Virus record (IMG/VR): IMGVR_UViG_3300048839_000188
Coordinates: 5,990-69,989 of that record
Source of the DNA: a virus
Reading direction: 5' to 3' (one strand)
DNA: 64,000 nt
Both the position numbers and the translations under genes were made by a program. How positions within the stretch are numbered: the stretch's first letter is position 1; each line of letters starts with the position of its first letter. The notes beneath the pieces are model-generated. The model saw nothing but the letters and a program-made list of their open reading frames with translations. It made no database searches and was not told the DNA's origin. Shown piece after piece: positions 19,861-28,309 of the stretch.

Positions 19861-19932
19861 AAGAACCTCCCTTTTTGGTCAAATTCGGACGAACCGAACA
19901 TTTGACTTGAAATTGTATGCTGCGAGCTTCTT
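19861..19932 (-). ncRNA. CAGCA-motif structured element B overlapping the RBS of the Ro-like gene (putative)
   Basis: AAGAAGCUC/GAGGUUCUU stem (one mismatch), GCAGCA, inner GUCAAAU..UUCG..AUUUGAC hairpin. Confidence 0.6.
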
Positions 19933-19945
19933 CTTTCTCAAAAAT

Positions 19946-19995
19946 ACATTCCAATAATAATTAGCCATTTATTGTGTGTGTGCTGTATGGAATGT
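19946..19995 (-). ncRNA. CAGCA-motif structured element A (putative)
   Basis: ACAUUCCA/UGGAAUGU stem, UACAGCA, inner AAUAA-AUGGCUAA-UUAUU hairpin. Confidence 0.65.
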
Positions 19996-20013
19996 CTGTT
20001 CCTGCTCCATGTG

Positions 20014-20241
20014 TCACATCTTCACAACTGGTTGCGCCAAAAGCACCTGTGGTTGTTCAAAATCAATCATCACACCTTCAGTGATTCTAGTCATGAACAA
20101 TGGCGCACCCAATGCAGAGTGGAGGATGAATGAGCCATCGGGAGTGAATCCCGGTGGCCCACATTGTTCAAATTTCCTCTCAATGTAGCCGCCATCCTTC
20201 GCGGGGATATTGACAGTCACATTGTAGATTTTCTCAGCCAT
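20014..20241 (-). CDS. hypothetical protein
   Basis: Overlaps the upstream stop and fits the operon. Confidence 0.55.
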   Translation of the reverse strand: MAEKIYNVTVNIPAKDGGYIERKFEQCGPPGFTPDGSFILHSALGAPLFMTRITEGVMIDFEQPQVLLAQPVVKM

Positions 20242-20917
20242 TCACCTGCTGAGGGCCTAGTTCAACCTCATCGCGCTTATCGCTTGACACGAAACGCGAC
20301 AGTGTGGGACGAGCACTCAGAGTTGCGCCTGAAGGACCAGTGGCCACAAACCGATAAGTCCCGTCCGGATTCCTGAAATCCTTCGTAGTCAATGTGGCTT
20401 CGTTGAAGATTTTGTTCTTTGTCTCCTGCGACGCGTCCTGACCGGCCTCTGCCATCTTCGCCTTGATATAGGCAGAGTCACGCGCTGTCAGGCCCACGTA
20501 GGAGATAAATGAATCGCCACTCTGGAGCCTGTTTTCGAGAGTCTGATACACTTCCTCAAAGTTGGACTGACTCTTGGCATCCTCCACATCAATTGCACGG
20601 AGCACATCAGCGGCCTGTGATGCCCACTTTTTCGTGTTGCCCGGAGCAGGTCGCTGTGATGGCTTTGTCCGCACATCCTGGAATACGGCAAACTTGGATG
20701 TCTGCCCATCTGGGAGATCAATCTGGACCCTATTGATGCGCAGAATTGGCCAACCATCGACCTTGCGCTCATTGCCTTCCTTGTCTTTTGCGCGACCCAC
20801 TGAGAGGGGCTTCACATTGTAGAATCCAGGATATGGGCAAACATCTGTGCCCGATTCCACATAATCATTGCCATCATATGTATACTGGTCATCGCTCTGT
20901 GTGTGATTCATGCTCAT
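20234..20917 (-). CDS. putative ssDNA-binding protein
   Basis: Position after the AAA ATPase and a PYPGFYNV start similar to phage SSB-like proteins. Function inferred. Confidence 0.45.
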   Translation of the reverse strand: MSMNHTQSDDQYTYDGNDYVESGTDVCPYPGFYNVKPLSVGRAKDKEGNERKVDGWPILRINRVQIDLPDGQTSKFAVFQDVRTKPSQRPAPGNTKKWASQAADVLRAIDVEDAKSQSNFEEVYQTLENRLQSGDSFISYVGLTARDSAYIKAKMAEAGQDASQETKNKIFNEATLTTKDFRNPDGTYRFVATGPSGATLSARPTLSRFVSSDKRDEVELGPQQVNG

Positions 20918-20989
20918 TTTTATTTAATCCTTTCGTTTGTTGGGTTGATTCTTCTATTCTACTTCTATAGCTGTGGGGAGTCAAGCTCC

Positions 20990-21208
20990 TTAAATTTGCC
21001 CCCGGAGTGCGATTGCCGCATTTGCTGTCATGACACATTCACGGAGCTTCCTGAGTGCAGCCTGTTGGTCGGCACACACTTGGACACGCATTGTAATCGT
21101 ATACGCTAGACGCTTCGCATCCTCTCTAATGAGTTCGTAACTTGTTTGTTGCTCCTGATCTGGTGCATGATATGTGAATACATCTTCAATCTTCTCTGTT
21201 GTCAGCAT
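20990..21208 (-). CDS. Acb2/Tad1-like cyclic-nucleotide sponge-domain protein
   Basis: FTYHAP...Y..IRE.AK.LA ... ALRKLRECVMTANAAIA pattern. Confidence 0.65.
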   Translation of the reverse strand: MLTTEKIEDVFTYHAPDQEQQTSYELIREDAKRLAYTITMRVQVCADQQAALRKLRECVMTANAAIALRGQI

Positions 21209-22237
21209 TTAATCCTCCTTTGTTGTCAGTTGTGCAGTGCGCTTCGATTTTGCCTCCTGTAGAGAGTGGTAGAGGTCCAAAATAGCCATACCGGGTTCGT
21301 TGTTTTCAAAAAATGCCGGAAATGTCGCTGGTGTGCTTCTAGTGCAAGCCACATATCGTAACTGTGATTGGCCATCCACTGCGAAATGGTCCCTGGTCCA
21401 GATACGATAGCTTAAGTCCAAATCAGAAGCTCCAGCGATTGCCATCTCATCTGTGGTGGCGAGTTTGATTTTTTTACTCAAGGTCTGAAAGTGGAACATG
21501 TTGCCAAAACATCTCTGAATCACTGGTGTAAGTGCCTTGCCTGCGACTTCTGGACCCACGATGATTTCGCCAGTTTTCAACTTAACAGGATTCTTCAAAT
21601 CTCCAATATTAGTCTGCTGTTCAGCGACGGCCTCGTGTGCCGTCCATACCACATAGGGGCTGATGAGACCACGCGATGTTTGGACAATTTCCACCAACAT
21701 TTGTTGGGCTGCCATATAATGTGCAGTTCCATTTGTGCCAAACGCGGAATCATCCTCCTTGGGTTTCCCTACATTGTCCAATGGCCCATCAATCCACCTT
21801 GTTGCGGCTTCTGGTCCCATTTTTTCACCCTGTGCGGCCCTCCATGCAAGACCGCCTTTGTTCATACCCAAGATATACTTGCCGCCAACTGATAGACCCT
21901 CGAATGCATAGAAAACAATATCAGTGATATCTGATTGCTTGTCAGGTGGAATCAATTCACTGTTTGGATCATTGCAATTCGAGGGCCACCAGCCTTCCGA
22001 TAGTCGGCGTAGCGTCTTTGTCGGATACTCACGGTGGTAGAATTCCGCCAATTCCACTCTACCAGTGTCAAGTAGATGCTCATATGTAGTAGATGAACCA
22101 TCGCCCACTACGATGCGTGCTTTCTTGGTAGGATTCTGCCTTAGAACCTCCTCAATCAGTCGTGCGATTGATTCTGATTTTCCAGATGCGGGCTTTCCTG
22201 TGTATAGGTCGAAAATTCTCTTTGGTAATTTAAACAT
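21209..22237 (-). CDS. AAA_24/Sak4-like P-loop ATPase
   Basis: GKPASGKS, AFEGLS, VVWTAHE and GPEVAGKAL. Confidence 0.7.
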   Translation of the reverse strand: MFKLPKRIFDLYTGKPASGKSESIARLIEEVLRQNPTKKARIVVGDGSSTTYEHLLDTGRVELAEFYHREYPTKTLRRLSEGWWPSNCNDPNSELIPPDKQSDITDIVFYAFEGLSVGGKYILGMNKGGLAWRAAQGEKMGPEAATRWIDGPLDNVGKPKEDDSAFGTNGTAHYMAAQQMLVEIVQTSRGLISPYVVWTAHEAVAEQQTNIGDLKNPVKLKTGEIIVGPEVAGKALTPVIQRCFGNMFHFQTLSKKIKLATTDEMAIAGASDLDLSYRIWTRDHFAVDGQSQLRYVACTRSTPATFPAFFENNEPGMAILDLYHSLQEAKSKRTAQLTTKED

Positions 22238-22383
22238 TCTCTTTCATAAACTCCTTCAAGTGGTTGATTCTATGTTTCATTTTACGCTCTTTCTTCTTCA
22301 AGGTCAACTGGAATGGCTCGCTTCTCTTCACAATACGTGGGATGCGAGGCTTCAACCACTTTTTGACAATCTTTAAATGCGCA

Positions 22384-22725
22384 TCAGACTCCTGCGCCAT
22401 AGCCATCGCTCTTTGCTGGCCGATTGAACCTGTTCTCATATGCTAGTCTGACAGCATTGCGGAAATCCCTATCATATCCCAGAGCCTTCAACTGATAGCT
22501 GAGCTTCCTCATGGCAACAGTGCGACCCACTTCCTTGATAAACTGATCATCAGGGTGCAGCCTTGCCTGTGCTCGTGCGACTTCTCCGACTGAGGATTCC
22601 AGAATCGCATCAGTGGCTACTGGCCCATAAATGAGCCGTCCTCTTTTATTTGCTGCGAAATCTTCGATGTGTTTGAAAGAAAGCCATGTGGGGCCGAAAC
22701 CCTCATGTTCTACTCTGAGTCCCAT
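22384..22725 (-). CDS. hypothetical phage protein
   Basis: GGAG RBS. HPDDQF.K..GR..A motif common in phages. Confidence 0.6.
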   Translation of the reverse strand: MGLRVEHEGFGPTWLSFKHIEDFAANKRGRLIYGPVATDAILESSVGEVARAQARLHPDDQFIKEVGRTVAMRKLSYQLKALGYDRDFRNAVRLAYENRFNRPAKSDGYGAGV

Positions 22726-22759
22726 TTTTTATTTGCTCCTTCTCAAAATAATATGATTG

Positions 22760-23389
22760 TTACTTTTTACCAAACGGGTGATTCTGACTGCCATTAGTAT
22801 GGTGATCTTCTACTAATGCATTGTGTGTGCGAAACATGTCTGCGATCTCATCCATGCTCCATGGGCCACAGACGCCTAAGTGAGCCAAATTATCAACGCC
22901 TACATCCATGCTCTTGTTAGTCAGTTGGGGAAGATTACCGTGTGAGTGCCCATACAGGTGCCATGAGCCCCTAGCTTGATTGTTCCACACCCTCAAACCA
23001 TAATGAAACAACACAATCTCTTGCTTGTTTATGACGATTTCCCGATAATGACCAATCGAATCAAACGTCGTAAATCCTGCGCCTTTCATGAATTTCTCTG
23101 GTGCCTTATGCTGATAGTGGTCATGGTTACCGAGAACAAGGTGGATATTAGCACAATTGAGGCGAGCGCGAAAAGCCGAGATTGACTCCACTCCTCCAAA
23201 GGACCAATCACCCAAGTGATACAAGGTGTCATTGAGGCCCACCACCATGTTAATCTTACGAACCAAAGCCTCATTCATAGCCTCCAGACTAGGGTAGTTG
23301 CGGCACTTACTTTTGTCAGCCCACTCAGATGTTGACGAACAGATGTTTTTGTGTCCATAGTGTGTATCGGACGTGAAAAAGACAGCCAT
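22760..23389 (-). CDS. calcineurin-like metallophosphoesterase
   Basis: FTSDTHYGH, LGD, GNHD, HY, GHSHG and DVGVD. Confidence 0.9.
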   Translation of the reverse strand: MAVFFTSDTHYGHKNICSSTSEWADKSKCRNYPSLEAMNEALVRKINMVVGLNDTLYHLGDWSFGGVESISAFRARLNCANIHLVLGNHDHYQHKAPEKFMKGAGFTTFDSIGHYREIVINKQEIVLFHYGLRVWNNQARGSWHLYGHSHGNLPQLTNKSMDVGVDNLAHLGVCGPWSMDEIADMFRTHNALVEDHHTNGSQNHPFGKK

Positions 23390-23397
23390 CTTCAGTA

Positions 23398-23583
23398 TCA
23401 GTAGGATTCACTTTCATGTTCATTCTCGACTTCTAATTCGTCCTCAACTGCCTGTTCCAATTCAACCAACAAAGCATAAGCGTCTTCCCACAACGATTTC
23501 AATTGCGTAGAGCATTCGACCTTGTTGATTCTCGGTCCATAATATGCCATCCCCTCACCCATCAGTCCACCCCTCATAATCAA
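23398..23583 (-). CDS. small acidic hypothetical protein
   Basis: Fits operon packing. Confidence 0.45.
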   Translation of the reverse strand: MIMRGGLMGEGMAYYGPRINKVECSTQLKSLWEDAYALLVELEQAVEDELEVENEHESESY

Positions 23584-23588
23584 TCTTA

Positions 23589-23873
23589 TCAGCGAATTCC
23601 CTTAGTGTCATTATATACTCCTGCTCGCAGTAATTCAATCATATGAATAGCAACGGCTGCTGTTTGAATTAATTCTTTTTCCAATGCTTTTTTATTGGCC
23701 TCATTAGAAATAAGTCTATAATCGAGAATTGCCTCGCAGACTTCTCCAAATTCTTCTCCTAAAATAACAGGCCACAATTCAAGTGGATGATCTTGTTGCG
23801 GTCCCCATTTGTCATCCTGAATCCCACGCTCATAAATAACGTCATCCACAGCCCCACGTAAAAAACTTCTCAT
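23589..23873 (-). CDS. MazG-like nucleotide pyrophosphohydrolase
   Basis: ERGIQDDKWG, ILGEEFGEVCEA and ELIQTAAVA. Confidence 0.8.
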   Translation of the reverse strand: MRSFLRGAVDDVIYERGIQDDKWGPQQDHPLELWPVILGEEFGEVCEAILDYRLISNEANKKALEKELIQTAAVAIHMIELLRAGVYNDTKGIR

Positions 23874-23896
23874 TTTTGGTTCTCCTTATTTGAAAA

Positions 23897-23970
23897 TGGC
23901 TACCGGGGAGCGAGTTGAACGCCCATTCTGAGAGTCAAAGTCTCTTGTCCTGCCATTGAACGACCCGGCA
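23897..23970 (-). tRNA. tRNA-Gln(UUG)
   Basis: Cloverleaf UGCCGGG...CUUUGAC...UUCAAC...CCCGGUAG-CCA. Confidence 0.88.
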
Positions 23971-23988
23971 ATAATATACGCATTAAAA

Positions 23989-24065
23989 TGGTCTTCCCGG
24001 CCAGACTCGAACTGGCATCGTCCACTTACGGTTGCTAACTTAGGAGGTTAGACCGATACGGGAAG
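23989..24065 (-). tRNA. atypical D-arm-less tRNA-like RNA with CCU (Arg) anticodon loop
   Basis: CUUCCCG/CGGGAAG acceptor + ACCA, CUAAC-CUCCUAA-GUUAG arm, GCCAG-UUCGAGU-CUGGC T arm. No D arm. Confidence 0.7.
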
Positions 24066-24067
24066 AT

Positions 24068-24178
24068 ACAACGACGCATTTCGCCCCCTGTATAAAAGAA
24101 TGTTCCAAGTCAGCTTGGACTATTAAGGGAGCCACCCTGCTTCGTTGTTCGTGCTCTGTCCAGTTGAGCTATAGGAAT
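24068..24178 (-). ncRNA. tRNA 5'-half (D arm) fused to a long stem-loop
   Basis: AUUCCUA-UA-GCUCAACUGGACAGAGC followed by an ACAACGA...UCGUUGU-closed structure. Confidence 0.45.
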
Positions 24179-24183
24179 AAAAA

Positions 24184-24254
24184 ACACAGACCCCAGAGAG
24201 GTAGAATCGAACTACCAAGTCTAGGAGATCACCGCATACTCCGGTGGTCTGCGC
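24184..24254 (-). ncRNA. T-arm-containing small RNA with long bulged terminal helix
   Basis: GCGCAGACC-A-CCGGAG / CUCUGG-GGUCUGUGU helix and GGUAG-UUCGAUU-CUACC T arm. Confidence 0.55.
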
Positions 24255-24260
24255 TCAAAA

Positions 24261-24332
24261 TTGCAGTGGACAGGAATTGAACCTGCTTTGTGAACCTTAT
24301 GAGAGTCCTTAGATACCAACCTTCCCCCTGCT
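24261..24332 (-). tRNA. tRNA-Met(CAU), initiator-like, no encoded CCA
   Basis: GGACU-CUCAUAA-GGUUC arm, GCAGG-UUCAAUU-CCUGU T arm, unpaired 1:72. Confidence 0.7.
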
Positions 24333-24352
24333 TCAACATAATGCCTAATTGT

Positions 24353-25369
24353 TCACCGAGTCAGCGCCAACTGTGTGCCCCTGACTAGCTTTCTATTGTC
24401 AGCCGTTGACTGCACGAAGATATCAAAATTAGAATGATTCCCCGGAACAACCTTTCCTGTTTTGTATGGCTGCAATCCTAGTAGCTTCCTAGCCTGTGGA
24501 CCACCCCACAGCATTGACGATGTCTTCTCCTTGATTAACACATCCTTATGACCCTGGATTTCTTCTGGTTTCGTTAACTGATAAAAAGCTGTGCCCCTGA
24601 TGTAAGGCTGTCCGGTTTGTGTGCGCACAAACTCATCAATCCTCTGTTCTGCTGGAACCTTCAATAGTTTGAAGTGCGTTGTCAGATTATCACATTTCTG
24701 AAGGTCATTTGTTTTGACTTCGCTCAAATCCGTAACAACACTGTAGAAATTGCTAACTTTCTTCGTCCCTAAAGAACGACTCTTCGTATACTCTCTATAT
24801 GCGCTTTCAGTTGCAATCTGTGTCTCATGGGTGCCAATTTCAGTGGCTTCCCACTCTCTAACATTGCCAGCAGGGACTCCATATTTTGTGATCCATCCAC
24901 TGGAACCTGGTGGCATATTGAAAACCATAGTCACATTCTCTTTGGACTGAAACTGCTTGATGAGTTCAGGAAACTTTCCAACCTCATCATCAGGTGAATT
25001 ATTCTCCTTTCCATCTGTAATGGCAATCATCAAATGCGCCACATCATCCATCAAATTATGTGACTGTCTAGCGTGCGCATTCAATGTGGCTGTGATTGCG
25101 CTGACTAGTGCAGTCTGGCCATGAGGATCGTAATTTGAAATTACCAAATTCTCATTATAAGCATTAATGGAATCGAATACCACATCGAGTTTTTTATGCG
25201 AGCCGAATTTACAAATTGTAAAATACGTCTCCTGATTGTCCTCTTTGGCGCGATTCTTGATATCTGCGATAGTTTGTGCCAGAAGTTCGCGGACCTTGAA
25301 CAGAATACTCTGCATCGAACCCGATTCATCGAGAACCAACGATACATAATTGATTTTCTTTCCACTCAT
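24353..25369 (-). CDS. vWA domain protein
   Basis: VLDESGSM, GQTAL and ITDGKENNS. Start MSGKK after a GGAG RBS. Confidence 0.85.
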   Translation of the reverse strand: MSGKKINYVSLVLDESGSMQSILFKVRELLAQTIADIKNRAKEDNQETYFTICKFGSHKKLDVVFDSINAYNENLVISNYDPHGQTALVSAITATLNAHARQSHNLMDDVAHLMIAITDGKENNSPDDEVGKFPELIKQFQSKENVTMVFNMPPGSSGWITKYGVPAGNVREWEATEIGTHETQIATESAYREYTKSRSLGTKKVSNFYSVVTDLSEVKTNDLQKCDNLTTHFKLLKVPAEQRIDEFVRTQTGQPYIRGTAFYQLTKPEEIQGHKDVLIKEKTSSMLWGGPQARKLLGLQPYKTGKVVPGNHSNFDIFVQSTADNRKLVRGTQLALTR

Positions 25370-25382
25370 TCTTATGTTCTCC

Positions 25383-25757
25383 TTAATGTTTACCAGTCCT
25401 AAATCGCCATTTAGCTTTTCGTAAAGCACTAGCTTTTTTACAATCTTTACAACGACAACCTTTAGAATACGCCAAATTCGTGCCATGCATAAAAGGTTTT
25501 AACAAACTTGCATTACTTTTCTTTTGATGGCATGCAGCACATAAAACTTGACACTTTGATAACTCTTGTTCTCGTCTTTCTTTTGTCCAACTCCATACAC
25601 AATGTGATAATTTAGATTCTGGAAAAATATGATCTAATTCTAATTGCGAGTTATCTCCACATTTTACACAGATTTTACCGTGAAAATAATCTGCACGTCT
25701 CCTAGCCATCCATTCTCGTTGATAAGCTCGTTGTTGTGCTATATTTTTATAGGGCAT
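25383..25757 (-). CDS. HNH homing endonuclease
   Basis: CVKC..LELDH..KCQVLCAACH and HGT..Y..GCRC. Starts 3 nt after the tRNA-Leu CCA. Confidence 0.85.
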   Translation of the reverse strand: MPYKNIAQQRAYQREWMARRRADYFHGKICVKCGDNSQLELDHIFPESKLSHCVWSWTKERREQELSKCQVLCAACHQKKSNASLLKPFMHGTNLAYSKGCRCKDCKKASALRKAKWRFRTGKH

Positions 25758-25760
25758 AAA

Positions 25761-25837
25761 TGGTCGGCGCGGTGGGATTTGAACCCACAAACAATCGCTT
25801 TTGAGGCGACCGGATAAGCCAGTTCTCCTACGCGCCG
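25761..25837 (-). tRNA. tRNA-Leu(CAA) with short variable region
   Basis: CGGCGCG acceptor, GUCGC-CUCAAAA-GCGAU arm, GUGGG-UUCAAAU-CCCAC T arm, ACCA end. Confidence 0.85.
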
Positions 25838-26020
25838 ACATTCAACTCCTTTCGTCACTCATGGAACTACGTTGCAGGAAATTATCGAGTCTTCTTCTTC
25901 ACAACTTGTTGCTTTGGAATCTTCTTAAATTCTGGTGTGCTGTAATATTCCTCCTCAACCTTGTCCCATGAACGCTTATTAGTGCGCTCCCACTTTGGCC
26001 CACGACCGCTTTTTTGATCT

Positions 26021-26260
26021 TTATACGTTTTCCCGATGGCTTCCTCCAGTCCATGTGCGCCCGTTGACTATTTTACTGATCTGATTTACTGTTGCATTGA
26101 ATTGGCGCATAATATCTTTATTACGAACGCCGTCAGTATGAAGTTGTCGGACACAATTGACTGCCTCCTGTGTTAATTTGGCTCGTCCATGATTTTCACC
26201 CTTGGCATTCAATTTTTGAAAATATTCTGTCAATAGCCTCCACTCTTCACCCCTACGCAC
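26021..26260 (-). CDS. HTH DNA-binding module like the C-terminus of HNH endonucleases (possible remnant)
   Basis: GENHGRAKLT...ISKIVNGRTW with no nuclease domain. Confidence 0.55.
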   Translation of the reverse strand: MRRGEEWRLLTEYFQKLNAKGENHGRAKLTQEAVNCVRQLHTDGVRNKDIMRQFNATVNQISKIVNGRTWTGGSHRENV

Positions 26261-26454
26261 TCAACACGGTCAACTGATGGCCACATCACATTGGTGTCAA
26301 TTGACGACATTAATTCTCTCTGCGCATCCAACATATTCATAGCTTCATCCTCTGTTTCTGCCTCGATTTCAATAGTCTTCCTCAACGGTATGTAACCTTC
26401 GATTTCAATCACATAAATGGGCACCTTTATTCCACCTTCTCCACATTGAAACAC
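26230..26454 (-). CDS. hypothetical protein
   Basis: IEIEAETEDEA motif typical of small phage proteins. Confidence 0.5.
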   Translation of the reverse strand: MFQCGEGGIKVPIYVIEIEGYIPLRKTIEIEAETEDEAMNMLDAQRELMSSIDTNVMWPSVDRVECVGVKSGGY

Positions 26455-26669
26455 CTGACACTGTAATCGCGTAGAATCTGATATTCCCTATATCCTTTCG
26501 AACTACACAACTGTGTGCCAATTTGCTGCTCGACATAATGCGCACCGAAGGCTGCACCCATCAGCCATAATCCCGCCCCGATTAGAAACTTCATCATAAC
26601 CAATGTCTCCTTACATAGTTGAATCCTTAAATAATCGATGAGGCCCACCCAAATGGAGTCGTGAACCAC
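26427..26669 (-). CDS. small membrane/secreted hypothetical protein
   Basis: Hydrophobic MKFLIGAGLWLMGAAFGA segment. True start probably internal. Confidence 0.45.
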   Translation of the reverse strand: MVHDSIWVGLIDYLRIQLCKETLVMMKFLIGAGLWLMGAAFGAHYVEQQIGTQLCSSKGYREYQILRDYSVRCFNVEKVE

Positions 26670-27076
26670 ACATTACGACAATTGCTGATTGCCAACCACG
26701 AAGCGCACAAATGACATGGGGCACTCATCCTCCACTCACCCTGGCGGTTCAATCTCACGTTCACAATCGACCATTCCCTAGTGACATCCATTATACCACG
26801 ACCGCGCTTGAACGCCAAGACTTCAGCATGTAGTTTGTTACGTTGTGGGTCATAACCCAACTCGACTGGGCCTGATCCAGTTCGATTCGTTGCCCACTCG
26901 ACAATCTTCCCATCCTGGACAATGAATGACCAATGCATGAAGTTCAACCACTCGGGGTGACTTTTATGCTGCTGCTGACAAATCTGCATTGCTTGCTGGA
27001 GGAGGCGTTTCTTCAATGAATACACTCCGATTGTCGCTGTTGAGGACCACACACCGCGAGCTATTATATGACCCAT
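26627..27076 (-). CDS. cytidine/deoxycytidylate deaminase-like protein
   Basis: HAE and SAPCHLC zinc motifs. Confidence 0.75.
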   Translation of the reverse strand: MGHIIARGVWSSTATIGVYSLKKRLLQQAMQICQQQHKSHPEWLNFMHWSFIVQDGKIVEWATNRTGSGPVELGYDPQRNKLHAEVLAFKRGRGIMDVTREWSIVNVRLNRQGEWRMSAPCHLCASWLAISNCRNVWFTTPFGWASSII

Positions 27077-27263
27077 ACTGTACAGTCGTAGTAAAAACTC
27101 TGCGTTCTGTGAATTTATTCTGAGTCCAATCCCATCGTTTCTTCAGCGTCTGACGGTGCTGGATGGGGATACAATCCACCAGTTGGCGGTTGAAGATAAT
27201 CTTGCACGCCTCACCGACTGGAACATCCCACAGATTGACGATATGATACAGTTTCATACTCAC
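26964..27263 (-). CDS. hypothetical protein
   Basis: Fits operon packing. Confidence 0.45.
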   Translation of the reverse strand: MSMKLYHIVNLWDVPVGEACKIIFNRQLVDCIPIQHRQTLKKRWDWTQNKFTERRVFTTTVQYGSYNSSRCVVLNSDNRSVFIEETPPPASNADLSAAA

Positions 27264-27264
27264 C

Positions 27265-27561
27265 TTAGATGTCCCTCACTTTTTGAGCCAGATAAAAACC
27301 ATTCCCCTTGACAATTCTTTCTTGGGATGTGGAGAGATTATAAGGCACTTCTCTAACATCACTCACAGCCTTGTAATGCATCTTCTTAGCTGACCAATAG
27401 CCACTGGAGCCAAAATCCACACACCAACCCTCAGTTGGATTCAAATAAGCAACAATTCCAGTCATCGCCTTCGCTGCGCACAGTTCAAAGTCATCTTCAT
27501 CTGTTGTAATAACCACCACCCTTTTACCATCAATCTCCTTCAACTGTTTGGGGGTCAACAT
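27265..27561 (-). CDS. hypothetical protein
   Basis: Fits operon packing, with GGAGG upstream. Confidence 0.55.
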   Translation of the reverse strand: MLTPKQLKEIDGKRVVVITTDEDDFELCAAKAMTGIVAYLNPTEGWCVDFGSSGYWSAKKMHYKAVSDVREVPYNLSTSQERIVKGNGFYLAQKVRDI

Positions 27562-28300
27562 CTGCGAAAATCCTCCTCAATGATTGTTTACTCCACTCAT
27601 CCACGTAGGTATCCGCTAGCCACTCACTGACAAACTCAGTATCCACTTCCTCAGGCATATTATCGAGTTTCAACAATCTCTCGATTTCCTTCTCATGATT
27701 CATCGCTAGCTGGAGAACCTCTTCTTTCTTCCATCTACCAGCACGAATTGCTCCACAAATAGCCCTGTGCTTTGTGGTCATCGGCAACATCAACTGCTGA
27801 TTACGTGCCAATTGTGTGCCCATCACAGCTAAGCGGATAATATGCATCGCATACTTTGTATCATATCCGAACTGTTCAATCAGCTTGGAACGTTTGATAT
27901 CCATCTGCCCGCGTTTGCCTTCTAGCCTCTCGCGTTGGTCATGCAAATAGTGCATATAACTCCTCACCATTCTTTTGGTGACAAACTTTGATCGCATCTC
28001 GCATAATTGATGCGACCATTCACAACTTTTAACCTGCGCTCTTGAAGGTGCCCACAGCAATTCATTCACAGTGGGATTACCCTTCACTAAAAGGCGCACA
28101 AACTTGCGCAATGAATGAATAACAGTATTCGATTCCTTGTTAGTATGCGTATCGAATTCACTCAGCCCAACACAATGTGATGGCGGCTCAACAACTACTC
28201 CTGAATAGTCATAATCACTGTCATCAGTGTGTAATCCATACAATCGTGAGCCTGTGAGAACAACGAATTGTGCGCCAGAAGCAATCTCCTTTGAAGTCAT
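27530..28300 (-). CDS. Pol-beta superfamily nucleotidyltransferase (YcgL/RlaP-like)
   Basis: GSRLYGL...SDYD, GNP...ELLW and GYDTKYAMHIIRL. Confidence 0.85.
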   Translation of the reverse strand: MTSKEIASGAQFVVLTGSRLYGLHTDDSDYDYSGVVVEPPSHCVGLSEFDTHTNKESNTVIHSLRKFVRLLVKGNPTVNELLWAPSRAQVKSCEWSHQLCEMRSKFVTKRMVRSYMHYLHDQRERLEGKRGQMDIKRSKLIEQFGYDTKYAMHIIRLAVMGTQLARNQQLMLPMTTKHRAICGAIRAGRWKKEEVLQLAMNHEKEIERLLKLDNMPEEVDTEFVSEWLADTYVDEWSKQSLRRIFADVDPQTVEGD

Positions 28301-28309
28301 CTTTTTTTT

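Noticed and set aside
25383-25841. HNH start at 25841 from the ORF track
   Set aside because: The N-terminal extension runs through the tRNA-Leu gene. The ATG at 25757 is more plausible.
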